From contig JAHOYZ010000006.1 of the NCBI GenBank assembly GCA_019038695.1, positions 17,112 to 81,111 on the forward strand: a DNA stretch of 64,000 bases. The letters are read 5' to 3'. Every line of letters starts with the position of its first letter. The first letter of the stretch is position 1. Position numbers and translations under genes: made by a program. The notes below the pieces were generated by a model. It worked only from the letters and a program-made list of their open reading frames with translations. It had not been told where the DNA came from and ran no database searches. Shown one piece after another: positions 62,048-64,000 of the stretch. Origin of the DNA: Candidatus Zixiibacteriota bacterium (lineage in GTDB: Bacteria > Zixibacteria > MSB-5A5 > GN15 > FEB-12).

Positions 62048-64000
62048 TTATTTCTTCTTATTGAAATTCCAGTTACTGTCAAGATTGGCCAATTGTGTCT
62101 CCAGAAAAGTGCCGGTAGCATTGAACTCACCTAACGCGCGTTCCATTTCGTAGAATTTTTGGTACAACATCTCGCGACGAATCACCAATCGCTCATCAAT
62201 TTCTGCGACACGCTCTGTAATATGCTCTATCTGAGTTTCGTAGGCTTTTATTCTGCGGTCGAGCGCCCCGTCACCGCTCATGGAGTAGCTGGCTACCTTG
62301 TCTCTCAGACGGGCCGCAACCCCTTTGGTCACCGTAATCGACCCCTCGACACCCTCGCCAACCTCGGTCGGATCAAGAGTAATTCTAAGAGTCAGACCTT
62401 CAGTGGTCTCGTTATCATCTTTTCCCTTCAACAGCTGACCGATACCTTCGGCCTCTTCGCCATTGATGGTGCCTGCTACATCCAATCCCTCGGTGGAAGT
62501 AGCGTCGATCAGCCCGAGACTACTGTTGGCCGAGTTAGACACCGAGGTTAGACGTTCTACTTTAGACGAGGAACCGTAGGCGCCACTGGTGAACTTGAGA
62601 TATCCCGTTGAGCCCTCATCCACCCACTCCACAATCACTCCACGACTACCAATGCGACTGTCGTTGTCGATCTTTCCCTGAATCTCCTCGACCAATTCGT
62701 CGGCTGACGAATACGTCCGGGCAGACAGCACGATGTCGTTCGAGTTGAGACCATTGACCTTTAGCTTGATGGTGTTGGTTGCAGAAGTAAGCGTCAGCGG
62801 ACTATCAAGAGGATCGTTGAACGTTGTTCCCTCCAGCATCCCTTTGGCAGCGGCAACCGAAATATCGACCTGGTAGTCCTTACCGGTTTTAGTCGCCGTA
62901 GACGACGACACAAACTCAATACCGGACTGCGAAGCAACTCCACCGTCGGTGAACAACTCCACAACCTCGTCGAGATTATTACGCAGAGCTTCTTCAAACC
63001 GTCCGTAGTCTGTGATCGCCAGGTGGCCATCAAGATTGGTCCTAATACCCAGTGAATAGAGATGATTAAACTCGGAATCCATCCCCTCAATACTCATGCC
63101 GATAGCTGAGTTCATCGCATAGCGCATAGTCCACAGCGTTGAATCACCGAATAGAACCCCAGATTCCTTGGTGTCTTCATGGTAGGTATTTTGTTCACTT
63201 ACAAAATCCATGACATCGTTGTAACGCGTGATGAAGTCGTTGACGCCGGCTTTGATTCCTGAGACGTCAATATCGGTAGTAACCGTGACGGACTCCCCAA
63301 CCTCGGTTTCTCTGGATATATCCAGGGTCACTCCGGCGATAACACTGTCAAACGTGTTGGATTCGGATGTTACAATAATCGGCGAACCGGTGCCTCCACC
63401 CGCGCCGAAGGAAATTCGTGCATCCGAGGCTTCCTGAATAAGCGGCGCAAAACCAGCTACCTGAAAAGAATCTCCGGCTGTTAGATCACCTGTAGAGAAG
63501 CTCAGCTTCAAGCCATCAGCACCATCTCCAACCAGTTCCACCGAAGCATCGGCCTGGGTAACGGTAATCTGCCCTGAGTTTGTGCCGTCAGTCCACTCAA
63601 TGCTAATTTCATCAGTGCCAATTGTCTGTGCGCCCGTCCCGAGCACCGTGAAGGTGTATATCTTATTTTCGTTGCCACTGTAGGAGGCCATAGAATCCAG
63701 TGTCACCGTAGAACTCGAGACCGAATCACTCGACAGAATTTCCGGGCTGTCAAACAAAGCGGTACTATAGTTGAGATTTGTGCCGCCGGTTAGATTGGAG
63801 GTTACTTCCATTGTGTTGCTTCGACCGGTCTTGTCTCCAGTCAGCATCAGACGATACGAATTGGAAGACGATCCGTCGTTGATAATAGTCGCCGTAATGC
63901 CCATGTGGGCATCGTTGATTGCCTGCTTGATTCCAATCAGTGAATTGTTGTTCTCATTGATGTCGATCGAGTACTGTGACCCATTTCCAACAGTGATTTC
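62048..64000 (-). CDS. fliD: Flagellar filament capping protein FliD (N-terminus beyond the right window edge)
   Basis: The C-terminus (RIKAYETQIEHITERVAEIDERL...YQKFYEMERALGEFN) is FliD-like. The frame remains open upstream of the track's first Met (63904) to base 64000 (EITVGNGSQYSIDINENNNSLIGIKQAINDAH-MGITATIINDG). Confidence 0.85.
   Translation of the reverse strand, partial: EITVGNGSQYSIDINENNNSLIGIKQAINDAHMGITATIINDGSSSNSYRLMLTGDKTGRSNTMEVTSNLTGGTNLNYSTALFDSPEILSSDSVSSSTVTLDSMASYSGNENKIYTFTVLGTGAQTIGTDEISIEWTDGTNSGQITVTQADASVELVGDGADGLKLSFSTGDLTAGDSFQVAGFAPLIQEASDARISFGAGGGTGSPIIVTSESNTFDSVIAGVTLDISRETEVGESVTVTTDIDVSGIKAGVNDFITRYNDVMDFVSEQNTYHEDTKESGVLFGDSTLWTMRYAMNSAIGMSIEGMDSEFNHLYSLGIRTNLDGHLAITDYGRFEEALRNNLDEVVELFTDGGVASQSGIEFVSSSTATKTGKDYQVDISVAAAKGMLEGTTFNDPLDSPLTLTSATNTIKLKVNGLNSNDIVLSARTYSSADELVEEIQGKIDNDSRIGSRGVIVEWVDEGSTGYLKFTSGAYGSSSKVERLTSVSNSANSSLGLIDATSTEGLDVAGTINGEEAEGIGQLLKGKDDNETTEGLTLRITLDPTEVGEGVEGSITVTKGVAARLRDKVASYSMSGDGALDRRIKAYETQIEHITERVAEIDERLVIRREMLYQKFYEMERALGEFNATGTFLETQLANLDSNWNFNKKK

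Overview
This 64-kb window comes from a diderm bacterium. All calls rest on motif recognition in the supplied translations and on hand reading of the DNA; no database search was possible. Hand counts of two 120-nt samples gave about 49% G+C in mutS and about 33% in the one atypical gene. I call 50 CDS (46 on the minus strand) and one tRNA. T9SS-type C-terminal sorting domains, dockerin-tagged beta-helix proteins, a bS22-like mini-ORF, LapA/LapB and flagellar genes together suggest an uncultured FCB-superphylum lineage. That placement is inference only.

Gene blocks, left to right:
- 1-2000: a truncated secreted Ig-repeat protein and an OM barrel.
- 2225-5142 (+): 3-hydroxyacyl-CoA dehydrogenase, acetate kinase, SAM methyltransferase.
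- 5175-13440 and 19875-22598: a surface-protein island. It holds an acidic triple-repeat protein and a 1251-aa propeller / Ig / 3x cohesin-like / T9SS-CTD scaffoldin-like protein. It also holds two dockerin-tagged proteins and a tail-fibre-like repeat protein.
- 13911-18885: housekeeping genes (CPBP protease, bS22-like, HU, SppA, LysM lytic transglycosylase).
- 22681-30618: miaA-mutL-mutS-SPOR chain, then LapB/LapA-like genes.
- 31585-36896: an EPS export locus (deacetylase, BY-kinase, TPR, Wzz/GumC, Wza).
- 37051-48189: a signalling and surface cluster. It holds a GGDEF cyclase, a STAS protein with an unusual tail, and an AT-rich redoxin islet flanked by REP elements. It also holds a fused RsbW-kinase/sensor/HAMP/PP2C protein, a PorV-like barrel fused to TPRs, and a 1225-aa CTD adhesin.
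- 48555-59581: a conserved core block (folD, ymdB, rny, zapA, zapB-like, pheT, pheS, rplT, rpmI, infC, thrS, tRNA-Val).
- 59790-64000: a late flagellar operon (fliD partial, fliS, flgN-like, flgM, HDOD).

The two strongest candidates for undescribed biology:
- A cohesin-dockerin-like display system anchored through a T9SS sorting domain.
- A cargo/PorV-TPR/partner-switching/c-di-GMP/EPS cluster, including a poly-A tract that could toggle the STAS protein architecture.
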